DNA of 63,117 bases, filler included, from Deltaproteobacteria bacterium (GCA_016218805.1; 4 parts of 4 records of this genome joined end to end with filler, not necessarily neighbours in it); one strand, 5' to 3'; shown: positions 25,072 to 35,598, counted from the whole stretch's first letter. The notes: generated from the sequence alone by a model not told the origin. A program made the numbers and translations.

Positions 25072-27222
25072 GGTTTCATGTTGGGCAGCGCGTTCCCCGG
25101 CGCGGTAGCGCCGCGCGGCCTGTGCAAAGTGGGGCCTGACACGTCGGGTGAGTTCGGCACCGTCCGGTTCCTGCATTTCAGCGGGTATTGGTACCCGGAC
25201 AACATCATCCAATCATTCACGCACCTGCACCTGCACGGCACGGGTGCGCCGGATTACGGCGTGCTGGGCATGATGCCGCTGCCCACGTGGGATGAAGCGG
25301 ACCGCACGCCGGCCGCATACGCGTCGCGCTACAACAAGGACACCGAGGCCGCGTCCCCCGGCTACTACGCGGTCACGTTGAACAACGGCGGTGTCGTCGT
25401 AGAACTGACTGCCACGGAGCACGCTGCGCACCACCGCTACACGTTCGCCGCGGACGCAACGGAAGCGCACGTGCTGGTGGACCTGGACAAGCACCTGGAG
25501 GGCGGCTCGGTGCGGGACGCGGAGTTCACGTCAGACGCTCAGGCGCGGATGGTCCGCGGCCGGCTGCGGAGTCTGGGCGCCATGTCGGACGGGTTCGGCG
25601 GGTACGATGTGTGGTTCGCGCTGCGGGCGCGGCAGCCATGGACGGCGGTGCGGGCATGGAGCGCGGCGCAGGATCCCGCAGCGGTGACGTCGTTTTCGGG
25701 CACCGGTCTGGGGTTCGTGCTGGACTTCCCCGCGCCCACCGCGCCCCTTGAATTCCAGGTGGGTATTTCGCTGGTTTCTGCGGACGGCGCGCTGGCCAAC
25801 CTGGAAACGGAGATGCCGGACTGGGACTTTGATTCCACACGCGCGGCCACGCGCGCCGCGTGGACGGATCTCGTGGACCGCATCCAGGTGATCGGCGGCA
25901 CGGACACGCAACGCCGCATCTTCCACACCGCCGTGTACCACCCGTTCCTGATGCCCACGCACGTGGGAGATGCGGACGGTCGTTACCGTTCATTTGACGG
26001 CACCATCCGCCAGGCGGACGGGTTCACGTACGTCAACGACATGTCCCTGTGGGACACCTACCGGACCATGCACCCGCTGATGAGCCTGATGGCGCCCGCG
26101 GACAACGCGGACTCCGCGCAGTCACTGTTGGAGATGGCGCGGGCCGGCGGTTACTTCCCCAAGTGGCCCATCGCCACGGGGGAGAGCAGCACCATGCTGG
26201 GCGCGCCGGCTGAGATCGTTGTGGCGGATGCGTGCGTGAAAGGTGTTCCGCGCGTGGAGTGTGAAGCAGCCTGGCTGATCCTCCGCGCGGCAGCGCTGGA
26301 CAGCACGGAACCCGTCGGCGGGCGCGGTGGTCGCGGTGACGTGGTCCCGTACATGGACCTGGGTTACGTGCCGGCGTCACGCGGCCGCGCGGCGTCCCAG
26401 ACCATTGAGTACGCGTACGGGGACTTTGCGCTGGCCAACCTAGCCGCGGCGCTGGGGCATGACGAGGACGCCGCGGAACTGTGGACGCGCGCGCAGAGCT
26501 GGCGGAATGCGTTTGACCCCGCGGTGGGGTTTGTGCGCAACCGCAACGACGACGGGACTTTCCCCGCGGGTGACTTCAGCCCCACCGCATTCACGGACGA
26601 CTACGCGGAGGCCAACGCGTGGCAGACGACCTTTGGCGCGCTGCATGACCCGGACGGGCTGGCGCTGCTGTTGGGTGGCCGCGAAGCCGCGATAGCGAAA
26701 CTGACCGAATTCATGCAGAAGGGCCGGGAGGACTTTGAGGCGCCGCGCAGTGACGAATACCTGTTCGCGTCCCGGATGCGGCCATACTTCTGGCCCAGCA
26801 ACCAGCCTTCCATCCACGTTCCGTACCTGTTTGCGCTGCTGGGCCGCCCGGACCTCACGCAGGAATGGGTGCGCTGGACCATGGCGCACTATTACGCTGA
26901 CACGCCCGAAGGACTCCCCGGCAACGACGACGGCGGAACCATGAGTGCGTGGTACGTGTTCAGCGCGCTGGGCTTCTATCCCCTGCCGGGCAGCGACGTG
27001 TACGTGGTGGGAACGCCGCTGTTCCGCCGCGCGGCCATCCGCGTGGGAGACGGGGTGTTCACCGTGGAAGCGGACGGCGTCTCAGACGAGAACCTCTACG
27101 TGCAGGCGGTGCGGTTGAACGGTGCGGTCCTGGCGGCGCCCACCTTCCGGCACGCGGACCTGCGCGCGGGTGGGACGCTGCGCTTCACCATGGGGCCAGC
27201 GCCGTCGTCGTGGGGGCGGTGA
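25072..27222 (+). CDS. GH92 alpha-1,2-mannosidase (5'-truncated)
   Basis: FPGAVAP.G...VGPDT, ASPGYY.V.L, SLWDTYRT.HPL, YAEANAWQ, NQPS.H.PYL, GLPGNDDGGTMSAWY. Confidence 0.95.
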   Translation, partial: GFMLGSAFPGAVAPRGLCKVGPDTSGEFGTVRFLHFSGYWYPDNIIQSFTHLHLHGTGAPDYGVLGMMPLPTWDEADRTPAAYASRYNKDTEAASPGYYAVTLNNGGVVVELTATEHAAHHRYTFAADATEAHVLVDLDKHLEGGSVRDAEFTSDAQARMVRGRLRSLGAMSDGFGGYDVWFALRARQPWTAVRAWSAAQDPAAVTSFSGTGLGFVLDFPAPTAPLEFQVGISLVSADGALANLETEMPDWDFDSTRAATRAAWTDLVDRIQVIGGTDTQRRIFHTAVYHPFLMPTHVGDADGRYRSFDGTIRQADGFTYVNDMSLWDTYRTMHPLMSLMAPADNADSAQSLLEMARAGGYFPKWPIATGESSTMLGAPAEIVVADACVKGVPRVECEAAWLILRAAALDSTEPVGGRGGRGDVVPYMDLGYVPASRGRAASQTIEYAYGDFALANLAAALGHDEDAAELWTRAQSWRNAFDPAVGFVRNRNDDGTFPAGDFSPTAFTDDYAEANAWQTTFGALHDPDGLALLLGGREAAIAKLTEFMQKGREDFEAPRSDEYLFASRMRPYFWPSNQPSIHVPYLFALLGRPDLTQEWVRWTMAHYYADTPEGLPGNDDGGTMSAWYVFSALGFYPLPGSDVYVVGTPLFRRAAIRVGDGVFTVEADGVSDENLYVQAVRLNGAVLAAPTFRHADLRAGGTLRFTMGPAPSSWGR

Positions 27223-27223
27223 C

Positions 27224-28879
27224 CTACCGGCGGCGGTACACGGTGTACAGGCGGACGCCGTCCAGCGTGCGTTCGTGGACCACCGGCAGGGTGCGGTACC
27301 GCGCAGCGAGCCCCGCGTAGGTATTCCAACGCCGTTCATGCGTGAGCACCACGTAGTCGGCGTTGGCTTCGTCAGAGGTGCGGATGTCCGTCCGCAGGTA
27401 CCCATCCCGCGCCAGCCAGCCCCAGGTGCGGACGTATTCCTTGTGGTTCGGTTCAAAGTGCACGCGCGCACCCGCCGGCGCGTCACGGCTGATCCACAGC
27501 GCCAGGTCCTTGTCCGCCACGTCGTAGTACGTGTTCTCCATGCCCAGCGCTTCGGCGCCGCGCGGACCCAGGATGGCTTCACCGTAGTAGCTGAGCGGGA
27601 ACGGGTAGGAACTCCAAAGCGCCCACGCTGCGTGCACCGCGGCCAGCCCGGTGGGCAGCGCGCGGCAGACGCGCGCATCCTTCATCCACCGTCCCAGGGA
27701 CGCGGCCACCGTGGCCGCGCCGTCCGCCGCCAACACCGCCACCAACGGAAACAGCGGCATGAACAGTTTCTCGCCGCCGTACTTGGGCACACCGGTGAAT
27801 GACACAATGCCAATGGCAATGAACGCCTGGATGAACAGGAACGCGCGCAGGCTGTCGCGCTCGGTGTCGTCGTCCGGCGGGAGCGGCGCGGCGGCCGTGG
27901 CCTCGCGCCACAACGCGCGCGCGCCGCCGCCGGCGCCCAGCAGCATCAGCACCAGCACGGTGGACGGCACCACCGCCACAAACATCACCCACGGCACGTG
28001 CCACGGCGGAATGGTCTGCGTGTACAGCGTGCCCAGGTAATACAGGTAAATGGGGTAGTGCTTGAGGTGGTACTGCAGGTACGCGCCCAGCCGCGGCACG
28101 GTGTCAAACCACAGGTGCGGCCACAGCGCCAGGAACAGCACCGGTCCGACGAGAATCATCCGCGGCAGCGTGACCGGCACCGGCGGAAGCGTGAGTTTTC
28201 CGGCGGAGACCGCGAAGCCGCGCCAGGACCGCAGCAGCCAGTGCAGCACAACCGCCACCAGCAGAAACGGTGCATTGAGCTTGGTGAGCAGCGCGGCACC
28301 AAAGGCCACCGCCGCTCCCCACGCGTGCGGCCCGGACCGCCGCCCTTTCCACGCCAGGTACCCCGCCAGCGTGGTCAACGACGCCACGGGCACGTCCAGC
28401 GTGGCCACCTGGCTGTGGAAGAAGAACCGCGGGAGCAGGAACAGGCACAGCACGGCGGTCACCGCGCCCCACCGGCGCCGCAGCATCCACCCCAGTGACG
28501 CGACGACGTACGCGAGCAGCGCGGCCAGCAGCGACACGCCGGCACGCGCGCCGTCCAGCGTGGGCAACACGTGCAGCACGTCGGTAAACACCCACCAGGA
28601 CGCGCCCATGACGTACTTGGCCATGGGCGGGTGTTCGTGGTTGGGCTCAAACGCGCGGTCAATCTGCGCGCGCGTCCAAGCACCATCCCGCGCGGTGAGC
28701 GCGCTGCCCGCCCACCGGATGTATGAGATTCCCGCGGGCGCGTAGAAGTCGTCGTCGTCGGTGAGGCCCGCGCCGCGCAGCGTGCCCAGCAGCAGCGCCA
28801 GCACGCAGCCCGCCAGCACCAGCGCCCAACGGCGCCGCCCGCCGTCATCATCCAGCCAGGCCCGGACGCGCGCCCTCAC
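27224..28879 (-). CDS. GT-C fold glycosyltransferase (GT39/PMT/ArnT-like)
   Basis: GLTDDD acidic loop, NHEHPP.AK, multiple TM segments, LLTKLNA; GTG start overlapping the upstream stop. Confidence 0.88.
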   Translation of the reverse strand: MRARVRAWLDDDGGRRRWALVLAGCVLALLLGTLRGAGLTDDDDFYAPAGISYIRWAGSALTARDGAWTRAQIDRAFEPNHEHPPMAKYVMGASWWVFTDVLHVLPTLDGARAGVSLLAALLAYVVASLGWMLRRRWGAVTAVLCLFLLPRFFFHSQVATLDVPVASLTTLAGYLAWKGRRSGPHAWGAAVAFGAALLTKLNAPFLLVAVVLHWLLRSWRGFAVSAGKLTLPPVPVTLPRMILVGPVLFLALWPHLWFDTVPRLGAYLQYHLKHYPIYLYYLGTLYTQTIPPWHVPWVMFVAVVPSTVLVLMLLGAGGGARALWREATAAAPLPPDDDTERDSLRAFLFIQAFIAIGIVSFTGVPKYGGEKLFMPLFPLVAVLAADGAATVAASLGRWMKDARVCRALPTGLAAVHAAWALWSSYPFPLSYYGEAILGPRGAEALGMENTYYDVADKDLALWISRDAPAGARVHFEPNHKEYVRTWGWLARDGYLRTDIRTSDEANADYVVLTHERRWNTYAGLAARYRTLPVVHERTLDGVRLYTVYRRR

Positions 28880-29850
28880 GGCTCCACCTCCAGCCACACG
28901 CAGAAGTGCCGTGCGCCGTCATGCGGCGTGGTCACCTCCAAGAGGACGTCCGCCATCCCGCCGCCGGGAGTCTCCACGCGGTCCTCGGCCCAGCCCGGCA
29001 CGTTGGGATGCCGCAGCGCGCGTGCTGCGGCTCCCGCCGTCACGGCCAGGTCAACCGGTTGTCCGCCTTGCGCGCCGGCCGCGCCGTCAGACAGGCCGTG
29101 CCCCACCAGCAGCGCCTTGCCCAGCGCAACCTTTGGAAAACGGATGGACAGCGTGGCGCCCGTCACCGGGTGGGCCCACAGGCACGCGCGCCCGCGCCCC
29201 GCAATGGGCAGCGTGCGCAGCCCCACGTAGTTCCATTCGTCCATGCCGGGGCAGTTCCAGCGCTGCGCGGCCGCGTCCCACGCGTTGCAGTCCACCTCAC
29301 GCCCGCCGCGCACCTGCACCACCGCGGCGGCAAGCGCCCCCGGCAGCGCCCAGGCACCGCCCCCCGCTGACGGGGCGGCAGCAGCAGCAGCCGGCGCGGG
29401 TGCGCCACCCAGCGCGCCGGCGTGGAAGGAGACCGTGACGCCGTCCGCATCGCGCTCGCCGTCCAGCCGCAGCCGCCACAGCGCCCCCGGCCCGGGCGCG
29501 CGCGGCCAACGCACAGCCACCACGGGGCGGCGCCCGTCCAGCGCGTCCGCGGGGAGCGCCAGCGTGACGTCCCGGGCCCCCAGGCGCGCGCGCAACGCGT
29601 CCGCCACGTCCGTCCGCCAGGGCGGGTGCACCACCACCAACGCCTGCGGCGCAGCCTGCCCCACGGCCTCCACCACCGCGTCCAGGCGGGAGTCGGTCAC
29701 CGGGCCGTCTGCGGTGCACGCCCGGTGCGCACCCGCCCACGCCACCGCCAACGCAAACACCACCGCCGGCCACGCCGCAGGCCGTGGTGCCGCGGACGCC
29801 GGGGGTGTCGTCGTCAACATGGGCCCGGGGGCCACCTCCGTGTCCGCCAT
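28876..29850 (-). CDS. Hypothetical membrane-anchored protein coupled to the GT39 gene
   Basis: N-terminal TM; Cys/Trp-containing beta domain (CLWAHP, GLSD, RHFC); GTGA overlap. Confidence 0.7.
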   Translation of the reverse strand: MADTEVAPGPMLTTTPPASAAPRPAAWPAVVFALAVAWAGAHRACTADGPVTDSRLDAVVEAVGQAAPQALVVVHPPWRTDVADALRARLGARDVTLALPADALDGRRPVVAVRWPRAPGPGALWRLRLDGERDADGVTVSFHAGALGGAPAPAAAAAAPSAGGGAWALPGALAAAVVQVRGGREVDCNAWDAAAQRWNCPGMDEWNYVGLRTLPIAGRGRACLWAHPVTGATLSIRFPKVALGKALLVGHGLSDGAAGAQGGQPVDLAVTAGAAARALRHPNVPGWAEDRVETPGGGMADVLLEVTTPHDGARHFCVWLEVEP

Positions 29851-29942
29851 GCGGGCGGGGGTAACACCCGCAGCGCGCCGGCGTCACCCGCGTGACGCAT
29901 GCCGCCACGGCACGGCAGGGCGCTGATCTTTGCAGGTCCCGC

Positions 29943-29971
29943 TTGACGGCCTCGGTGCGCGCTTCTAGACA
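29943..29971 (+). promoter_or_regulatory. Putative sigma70 promoter of dksA
   Basis: TTGACG-N17-TAGACA about 75 nt upstream of the ATG. Confidence 0.4.
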
Positions 29972-30046
29972 GGCGCGCCTTTTAAAGGTGTCCGGACGCA
30001 AACCCGGTGCCCGCAGTGCGGGCGCCCGAGCGGAGACGGGGCGGTC

Positions 30047-30409
30047 ATGAACAAGAAGGACCTGAAGCGATTCAAGGAACTGCTCGAGCTGGAGCGGGAC
30101 GACCTCCTCAAGAACGCCAAGAAGACGCTGGAAGAGGAGGCCTCCGTGGACCCGGATGACCTCCCTGACGAGTACGACCTTGCCTCCAGCGAGTACCACC
30201 AGTCGCTGGCGCTGCGCCTGCGCGACCGGGAGAAGTTCCTGCTGAGCAAGATCGAAAAGTCCCTGCAGAAGATTGAGGACGGGACGTTTGGCCTGTGCGA
30301 AGAATGCGGCGAGGAGATCAGCGCCAAGCGGCTGGAGGCCCGTCCCGTGACGACGTTGTGCATCCGCTGCAAGGAAGAGCAGGAAAAGATGGAGAAGAGC
30401 TACTCCTGA
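30047..30409 (+). CDS. dksA: DksA/TraR C4-type zinc-finger protein
   Basis: DEYDLA (DxxDxA) coiled-coil tip; CEEC...RLEARP.T.LCIRC. Confidence 0.93.
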   Translation: MNKKDLKRFKELLELERDDLLKNAKKTLEEEASVDPDDLPDEYDLASSEYHQSLALRLRDREKFLLSKIEKSLQKIEDGTFGLCEECGEEISAKRLEARPVTTLCIRCKEEQEKMEKSYS

Positions 30410-30554
30410 GCAGGGCTCGGCTCCGTCACGCGTTCCTCCCGTTCCCTGTCCGTCCCGCCCACATCCACCTCCCCGCCGGGCGAGGACGGCGGTGGCACGT
30501 GCGCCTGCGCGTGCTAGCGTGGCCGCGTTGTCCTCCCCCACCCGGTGGTGCTGA

Positions 30555-31964
30555 ATGGAACTCAACGAGATCCTCACCGTTGCCTTGAAAGGCGGCGCCA
30601 GCGACATCCATCTGAAGGCGGGCCTGCCGCCCATCTTCCGGATTGACGGCTCGCTGGTGCCCCTCAAGGACGCGCCGCGCCTCCCGCCTGAAGAAGTGGC
30701 GCGCATGGCGCTGGGGATCATGAACAACTACCAGAAAGACAAGTTCAAGGAGGACAACGAAATCGACCTGGCGTACGGCGTGCCCGGCCTGGGGCGCTTC
30801 CGCGTGAACGTGTTCATGCAGCGCGGCGCGGTGGGCGTGGTGCTGCGGGTCATCCCGTTCAAGATCCTCACCATTGAACAGCTCATGCTGCCCAAGGTGC
30901 TGGAGAAGATCGCCCTGGAGGAGCGCGGTCTCATCCTGGTGACCGGCACCACGGGGTCCGGCAAGTCCACCACGCTGGCGGCCATGATTGACCACATCAA
31001 CACCAATGAGACCTGCCACATCCTCACGGTGGAGGACCCCATTGAGTTTCTCATCCGGGACAAGCGTTCCATTGTGAACCAGCGCGAGGTGGGCGTGGAC
31101 ACGCGGAGCTTTGCGCGCGCGCTCAAGAGCGCGCTGCGCGAGGACCCGGACGTCATCCTGGTGGGCGAAATGCGCGACCTGGAGACGATTGAGATGGGGC
31201 TGACCGCCGCGGAGACGGGCCACCTGGTGCTCTCCACGCTGCACACGCTGGACGCCACCGAGTCCATTGCCCGCGTGGTCAACGTGTTCCCGCCCTACCA
31301 GCAGAAGCAGGTGCGCCTGGCGCTGGCGGCCATTCTCAAGGCCATCATCAGCCAGCGCCTGGTGCCACGCGCGGACGGGCGCGGACGGCTGGCGGCGCTG
31401 GAGGTCATGGTGTCCACCGCGCGCGTGCGCGAGCTCATTGAGGACAAGGACCGCACCAAGGAAATCCATGACGCCATTGCGCAGGGCAACGTCAGCTACG
31501 GGATGCAGACGTTTGACCAGGCGCTGATGGCGCACCTGCACAAGGGCGTCATCACGTACGAAGAGGCGCTGCGGCAGAGCACCAACCCGGATGATTTTGC
31601 CCTCAAGGTGTCCGGCGTGTCCGGCACGTCCGACACGACGTGGGGGGACGTGGGGGCCTCCGCCAAACCGCAGGGCGCCCCGCAGCAGCAGCAGGCCCCG
31701 GCAGCACCCGCGTACGCGCGGCCCGCCGCGCCCGCCAACGTGCCTCCGCCCTACGCGCAGGCGCCCCGTCCCGGCATCCCCGCGGGCGCACCGCCGCCCT
31801 ACGTCACACCGGCGGCGGGCATGCGCGCACCGGCCATCCCGCCCCCGGCGGGCGCCCCCGTGCCCGGGCGCCCCATGTCGCAGCCGGCCATTCCGCCGCC
31901 GGCGGGCAGCGCCCAGCAGCCCGCCAAGAACCCGGACGATGACTTCCAGATCGAGCGGTTCTGA
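30555..31964 (+). CDS. pilT: PilT/PilU-family twitching-motility ATPase with Pro-rich tail
   Basis: GASDIHL, GTTGSGKST, TVEDPIE, QREVG.DT, DPDVILVGEMRD, TGHLVLSTLH, GMQTFDQ. Confidence 0.93.
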   Translation: MELNEILTVALKGGASDIHLKAGLPPIFRIDGSLVPLKDAPRLPPEEVARMALGIMNNYQKDKFKEDNEIDLAYGVPGLGRFRVNVFMQRGAVGVVLRVIPFKILTIEQLMLPKVLEKIALEERGLILVTGTTGSGKSTTLAAMIDHINTNETCHILTVEDPIEFLIRDKRSIVNQREVGVDTRSFARALKSALREDPDVILVGEMRDLETIEMGLTAAETGHLVLSTLHTLDATESIARVVNVFPPYQQKQVRLALAAILKAIISQRLVPRADGRGRLAALEVMVSTARVRELIEDKDRTKEIHDAIAQGNVSYGMQTFDQALMAHLHKGVITYEEALRQSTNPDDFALKVSGVSGTSDTTWGDVGASAKPQGAPQQQQAPAAPAYARPAAPANVPPPYAQAPRPGIPAGAPPPYVTPAAGMRAPAIPPPAGAPVPGRPMSQPAIPPPAGSAQQPAKNPDDDFQIERF

Positions 31965-32424
31965 TCCCCGCGACGTCGCCCTGCGCGCCCTGGCCCGCGG
32001 CGAGAAGACCCGCGCGGAGCTGGAGGCGCTGGTTGCCCGCCGCAGTGACGCGGCCACCGCGCGCGCCACGGTGGAACAGCTGGCCGCCGCGGGTCTGCAG
32101 TCAGACCAGCGCGCCGCGGAGGTGCGCGCGCGCCAGGCCCACGCACGCGGCTGGACCCGCGAGCGCACGCTGGAGGATCTCACGGCCCGCGCAGTTGCCG
32201 CGGAAGTAGCCCGCGCCGCCGTGGACCAGGTCTACGCGGGCGACGACCCGCGCGCACACCTGCAGGCGGAGGCGCGCCGGCTGCTGGGCGCAACGCCCAC
32301 CCGCCAGCAGGCCCTCAAGGTCGCCCGCGCGCTGGTCCGCCGCGGGCATGATCCCGTGGACGCGCTGGCCGCCTGCGGTGTGGATGACGAGCACGGCGCC
32401 ACCGCCGGGGACGAGCGCGACTGA
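31939..32424 (+). CDS. recX: RecX regulatory protein (divergent)
   Basis: ALRALAR.EKT.AEL, L...GL.SD.R.A, ARALVRRG three-helix-repeat pattern; overlaps the pilT stop. Confidence 0.75.
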   Translation: MTSRSSGSDPRDVALRALARGEKTRAELEALVARRSDAATARATVEQLAAAGLQSDQRAAEVRARQAHARGWTRERTLEDLTARAVAAEVARAAVDQVYAGDDPRAHLQAEARRLLGATPTRQQALKVARALVRRGHDPVDALAACGVDDEHGATAGDERD

Positions 32425-32450
32425 ACACCCTGCTGCAGACGCACCCGTGG

Positions 32451-33254
32451 GTGGCCTGGCCGCTGTGGGCTTGGTGCGGCGCCTGGCTGGGCGCCTGCCA
32501 CGCCATCGCCAGCACGCTCGGGGGGAACGGCGGCCACCCTCGCGCGTCGCTCGTCATGGCCGCGGTGGCCGGCCTGCTGTTTGCGCGCAGGGACCCGCCG
32601 CCACCGGGTCCCGTGGGACGGGTGGTGCCTCCCGGCCTGCTGCTGGCCGCCGCCTGCGCTGCCCTCACCTTCCTGGATGCCCGCGCCTGGCACGGCGGGC
32701 CGGTTGGGACCGGGTTGACCGTTGCCACACAAGCCACCCTGGCGCTGCACGCGTACGTGGCCGGCCAGCTGCTGCCCGCCGTGGCGCAGTTCAATGACCG
32801 CCGCGGGCGCTGGCGCGGTGCCCTGCCCGCCCTGGCGCTGCTGGCGCCGGTGGGCGGCTGGCTGGCCGCGTCCGCCGCCTGGAATCAGCTGCGCTCCCAC
32901 CCGCGCGCGCCGCTGCTGGCCACGCTGCTGTTTGTCCTGGGCGCGCTCACGCCGGTGCTGCTGCGGCGCGTCTCCATCGCCGCCGCGCTGCACGGTGAGG
33001 CCACCACCCGCCACGCGTTTTCCACGCCGTCCCCGCCGCCGGCCGCCCGTTCGGCCCTGCCGTGGGAGGGGACGGCCGCCCTGGTGGGCGCGTTGGCCGC
33101 GTGGTCCCCACCCGCCGCGTTGGCTCTTCCCGCAGTGGCGGGAGCCTGCCTGCGCGTGCGGGACGCCGGGCCGCACCGGACGCCGCGCACCGTGGCCCGC
33201 CTGGTGGCCGCCAGCGCGGCGGGGGCGCTGGTGACCCTGGCCCTGACCAAGTAG
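32451..33254 (+). CDS. Hypothetical integral membrane protein
   Basis: Multiple hydrophobic segments; fills the gap in a co-oriented cluster; start uncertain. Confidence 0.55.
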   Translation: MAWPLWAWCGAWLGACHAIASTLGGNGGHPRASLVMAAVAGLLFARRDPPPPGPVGRVVPPGLLLAAACAALTFLDARAWHGGPVGTGLTVATQATLALHAYVAGQLLPAVAQFNDRRGRWRGALPALALLAPVGGWLAASAAWNQLRSHPRAPLLATLLFVLGALTPVLLRRVSIAAALHGEATTRHAFSTPSPPPAARSALPWEGTAALVGALAAWSPPAALALPAVAGACLRVRDAGPHRTPRTVARLVAASAAGALVTLALTK

Positions 33255-33387
33255 GCCGGATGCCTACATGTTCCCGCATGCGATCAATGCCCGGTGACCC
33301 GCGCTTGGCACCTTGAAGCGCTGCCCTCTATCTTGACGCGCCGCACCACGGCATCAGGCCCGGGTGCGGGCGGGTAGCGCAGGACGC

Positions 33388-35598
33388 ATGGTCAAGCTCA
33401 ACGACATCATCGCCCGGGTACGCGACTACCACGCTGAGGCGGACTTTGACCTCATCAAGCGGGCGTACGTCTACAGCACCACCATGCACCAGGGGCAGGT
33501 ACGCAAGAGCGGCGAGGCGTACGTCAGCCACCCGCTGGAGGTGGCGTACATCCTGGCGGAACTGAAGATGGACGAGGCCACCGTGTGCACGGGCCTGCTG
33601 CACGACACGGTGGAGGACACGCTGGCCACCCTGGAGGAGGTGGAGAAGGTCTTTGGCAAGGAGATTGCGGCGCTGGTGGACGGCGTCACCAAGCTGTCCG
33701 CGGTGGAGTTCACCAGCGCGGAGGAGAAGCAGGCGGAGAACTTCCGCAAGATGTTGGTGGCCATGGCCAAGGACATCCGCGTGATCCTGGTGAAGCTGGC
33801 GGACCGGCTGCACAACATGCGGACCATGGAGTTCATGAAGGCGGAGAAGCAGGAGAAGATCAGCCAGGAGACGCTGGACATCTACGCGCCGCTGGCCAAC
33901 CGCCTGGGCATCAGCTGGATGAAGACGGAACTGGAGGACCTGGCGTTCCGCTACACGCACGGCCGCGAATACAAGGAAATCAGTGAGACGCTGGGCCAAT
34001 CCCGCAAGGAGCGTGACGACTTCATTGAAGAGGTGGTGGGCATCATCCGCGGCAGGCTCAAGGGCACGGCCCTGGAGAAGGCGGAGGTGTACGGGCGGCC
34101 CAAGCACCTGTTCAGCATCTACAAGAAGATGCGGGACAAGCAGGTGGGCCTGGACGGGCTGTATGACATCATTGCGTTCCGCATCCTCTGCGACGACGTC
34201 ACCCAGTGCTACGAGGCGCTGGGGCACATCCACGGGCTGTGGCGGCCGGTGCCGGGCCGGTTCAAGGACTATATCGCCATGCCCAAGCCCAACATGTACC
34301 AATCCCTGCACACCACGGTGGTGGGACCCGAAGGGCAGCGCGTGGAGATCCAAATCCGCACGCATGAGATGCACGCAATTGCCGAGGAGGGCATTGCCGC
34401 GCACTGGCAGTACAAGGAGCGTGGCAGCCTGGGTAAGACGGACAAAGACGATCGGAAATTCGCGTGGCTGCGGCAGCTGCTGGAATGGCAGCAGGAGCTC
34501 AAGGACCCCACGGAGTTCATGGAAAGCGTGAAGGTGGACCTGTTCTCCGAGGAGGTCTACGTCTTCACGCCCAAGGGCCGCGTCATTGAGCTGCCGCGTG
34601 GCGCCACGCCGGTGGACTTTGCCTTTGCCATCCATTCCGAGGTGGGGCACCACTGCGCCGGCGGCAAGGTCAACGGCCGCATTGTCCCGCTGAAACACCA
34701 GCTCAAGAACGGTGACACGGTTGAGATCATCACCAACCCCAACCAGCGCCCCAACAAGGACTGGCTGCAGTTTGTGAAGAGCGGGCGGGCCAAGAACCGC
34801 ATCCGCGCGTTTGTGCGCCAGGCGGAGCGTGAACGCTCCGCGGAGATTGGCCGCGAATTGCTGGAGCGCGAATTCAAGCGCGCCGGCGGTTCGCTGCAGA
34901 AGGTGGAGAAGAACGGCGAGCTGGTGAAGGCGTTTGCGGAGGGGCGCTACCGCACGGGCGAGGAGATCCTGGTGGCGGTGGGGTACGGCAAGCTGTCCCC
35001 GCAGCACGTGCTGGAACGCGTGCTGGGCCCGGAAGCCGCGCAGAAGGCCGCCGAGGCCCAGGAGGTCCCCGAGGACCAGAAGACCGCCAGCCGGCTGGGG
35101 CAGGTGCTGGCCCGGCTGGCGCGGCGCTCCTCCACGCAGGCCTCCGGCATTGTCATTGAGGGCATTGACGACATGATGGTTCGCTACGGGAAGTGCTGCA
35201 ATCCCGTCCAGGGCGATCCCATTGTGGGGTTTGTGACGCGCGGGCGCGGGCTCACCATTCACACGCGTGACTGTCCGCAGTCTGACCAGATGGACCCCGC
35301 GCGCCGCGTGGCCGTGACGTGGGATGACCGCGTGAAGCTCAGCCGCCCGGTCACCATTCGCGTCCACACGGAAGACCGCGAGGGCATGCTGGCGGACCTC
35401 AGCCAGGTGTTCACCAAGAACGGCATCAACATCTCCATTGCGCACTGCAAGGCGCTGGAGACCGGCGGCGCCGTCAACAGCTTCCGCGTGGGTATTGTGG
35501 ACCTGGAGCAGCTGCGCAAGGTGGTCAAAGCGCTGGAGAACGTGAAGGGCGTGCACCGCGTGGACCGCGCGCGCGGCGAGCAGGAACTGGAGAACTGA
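33388..35598 (+). CDS. rel: Bifunctional (p)ppGpp synthetase/hydrolase Rel
   Basis: R.SGEAY..HP, LLHDTVEDT intact HD motif, KLADRLHNMRT, GRPKH, YQSLHT, EIQIRT, TGS, CCNPV, ACT. Confidence 0.97.
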   Translation: MVKLNDIIARVRDYHAEADFDLIKRAYVYSTTMHQGQVRKSGEAYVSHPLEVAYILAELKMDEATVCTGLLHDTVEDTLATLEEVEKVFGKEIAALVDGVTKLSAVEFTSAEEKQAENFRKMLVAMAKDIRVILVKLADRLHNMRTMEFMKAEKQEKISQETLDIYAPLANRLGISWMKTELEDLAFRYTHGREYKEISETLGQSRKERDDFIEEVVGIIRGRLKGTALEKAEVYGRPKHLFSIYKKMRDKQVGLDGLYDIIAFRILCDDVTQCYEALGHIHGLWRPVPGRFKDYIAMPKPNMYQSLHTTVVGPEGQRVEIQIRTHEMHAIAEEGIAAHWQYKERGSLGKTDKDDRKFAWLRQLLEWQQELKDPTEFMESVKVDLFSEEVYVFTPKGRVIELPRGATPVDFAFAIHSEVGHHCAGGKVNGRIVPLKHQLKNGDTVEIITNPNQRPNKDWLQFVKSGRAKNRIRAFVRQAERERSAEIGRELLEREFKRAGGSLQKVEKNGELVKAFAEGRYRTGEEILVAVGYGKLSPQHVLERVLGPEAAQKAAEAQEVPEDQKTASRLGQVLARLARRSSTQASGIVIEGIDDMMVRYGKCCNPVQGDPIVGFVTRGRGLTIHTRDCPQSDQMDPARRVAVTWDDRVKLSRPVTIRVHTEDREGMLADLSQVFTKNGINISIAHCKALETGGAVNSFRVGIVDLEQLRKVVKALENVKGVHRVDRARGEQELEN

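Noticed and set aside
33328..35556. Long antisense or alternate-frame ORFs (e.g. 742 aa opposite rel, 897 aa opposite PBP1A, 697 aa opposite tldD/pmbA)
   Set aside because: Shadow ORFs expected from high GC3; no motifs, and the opposite strand carries clear conserved genes.
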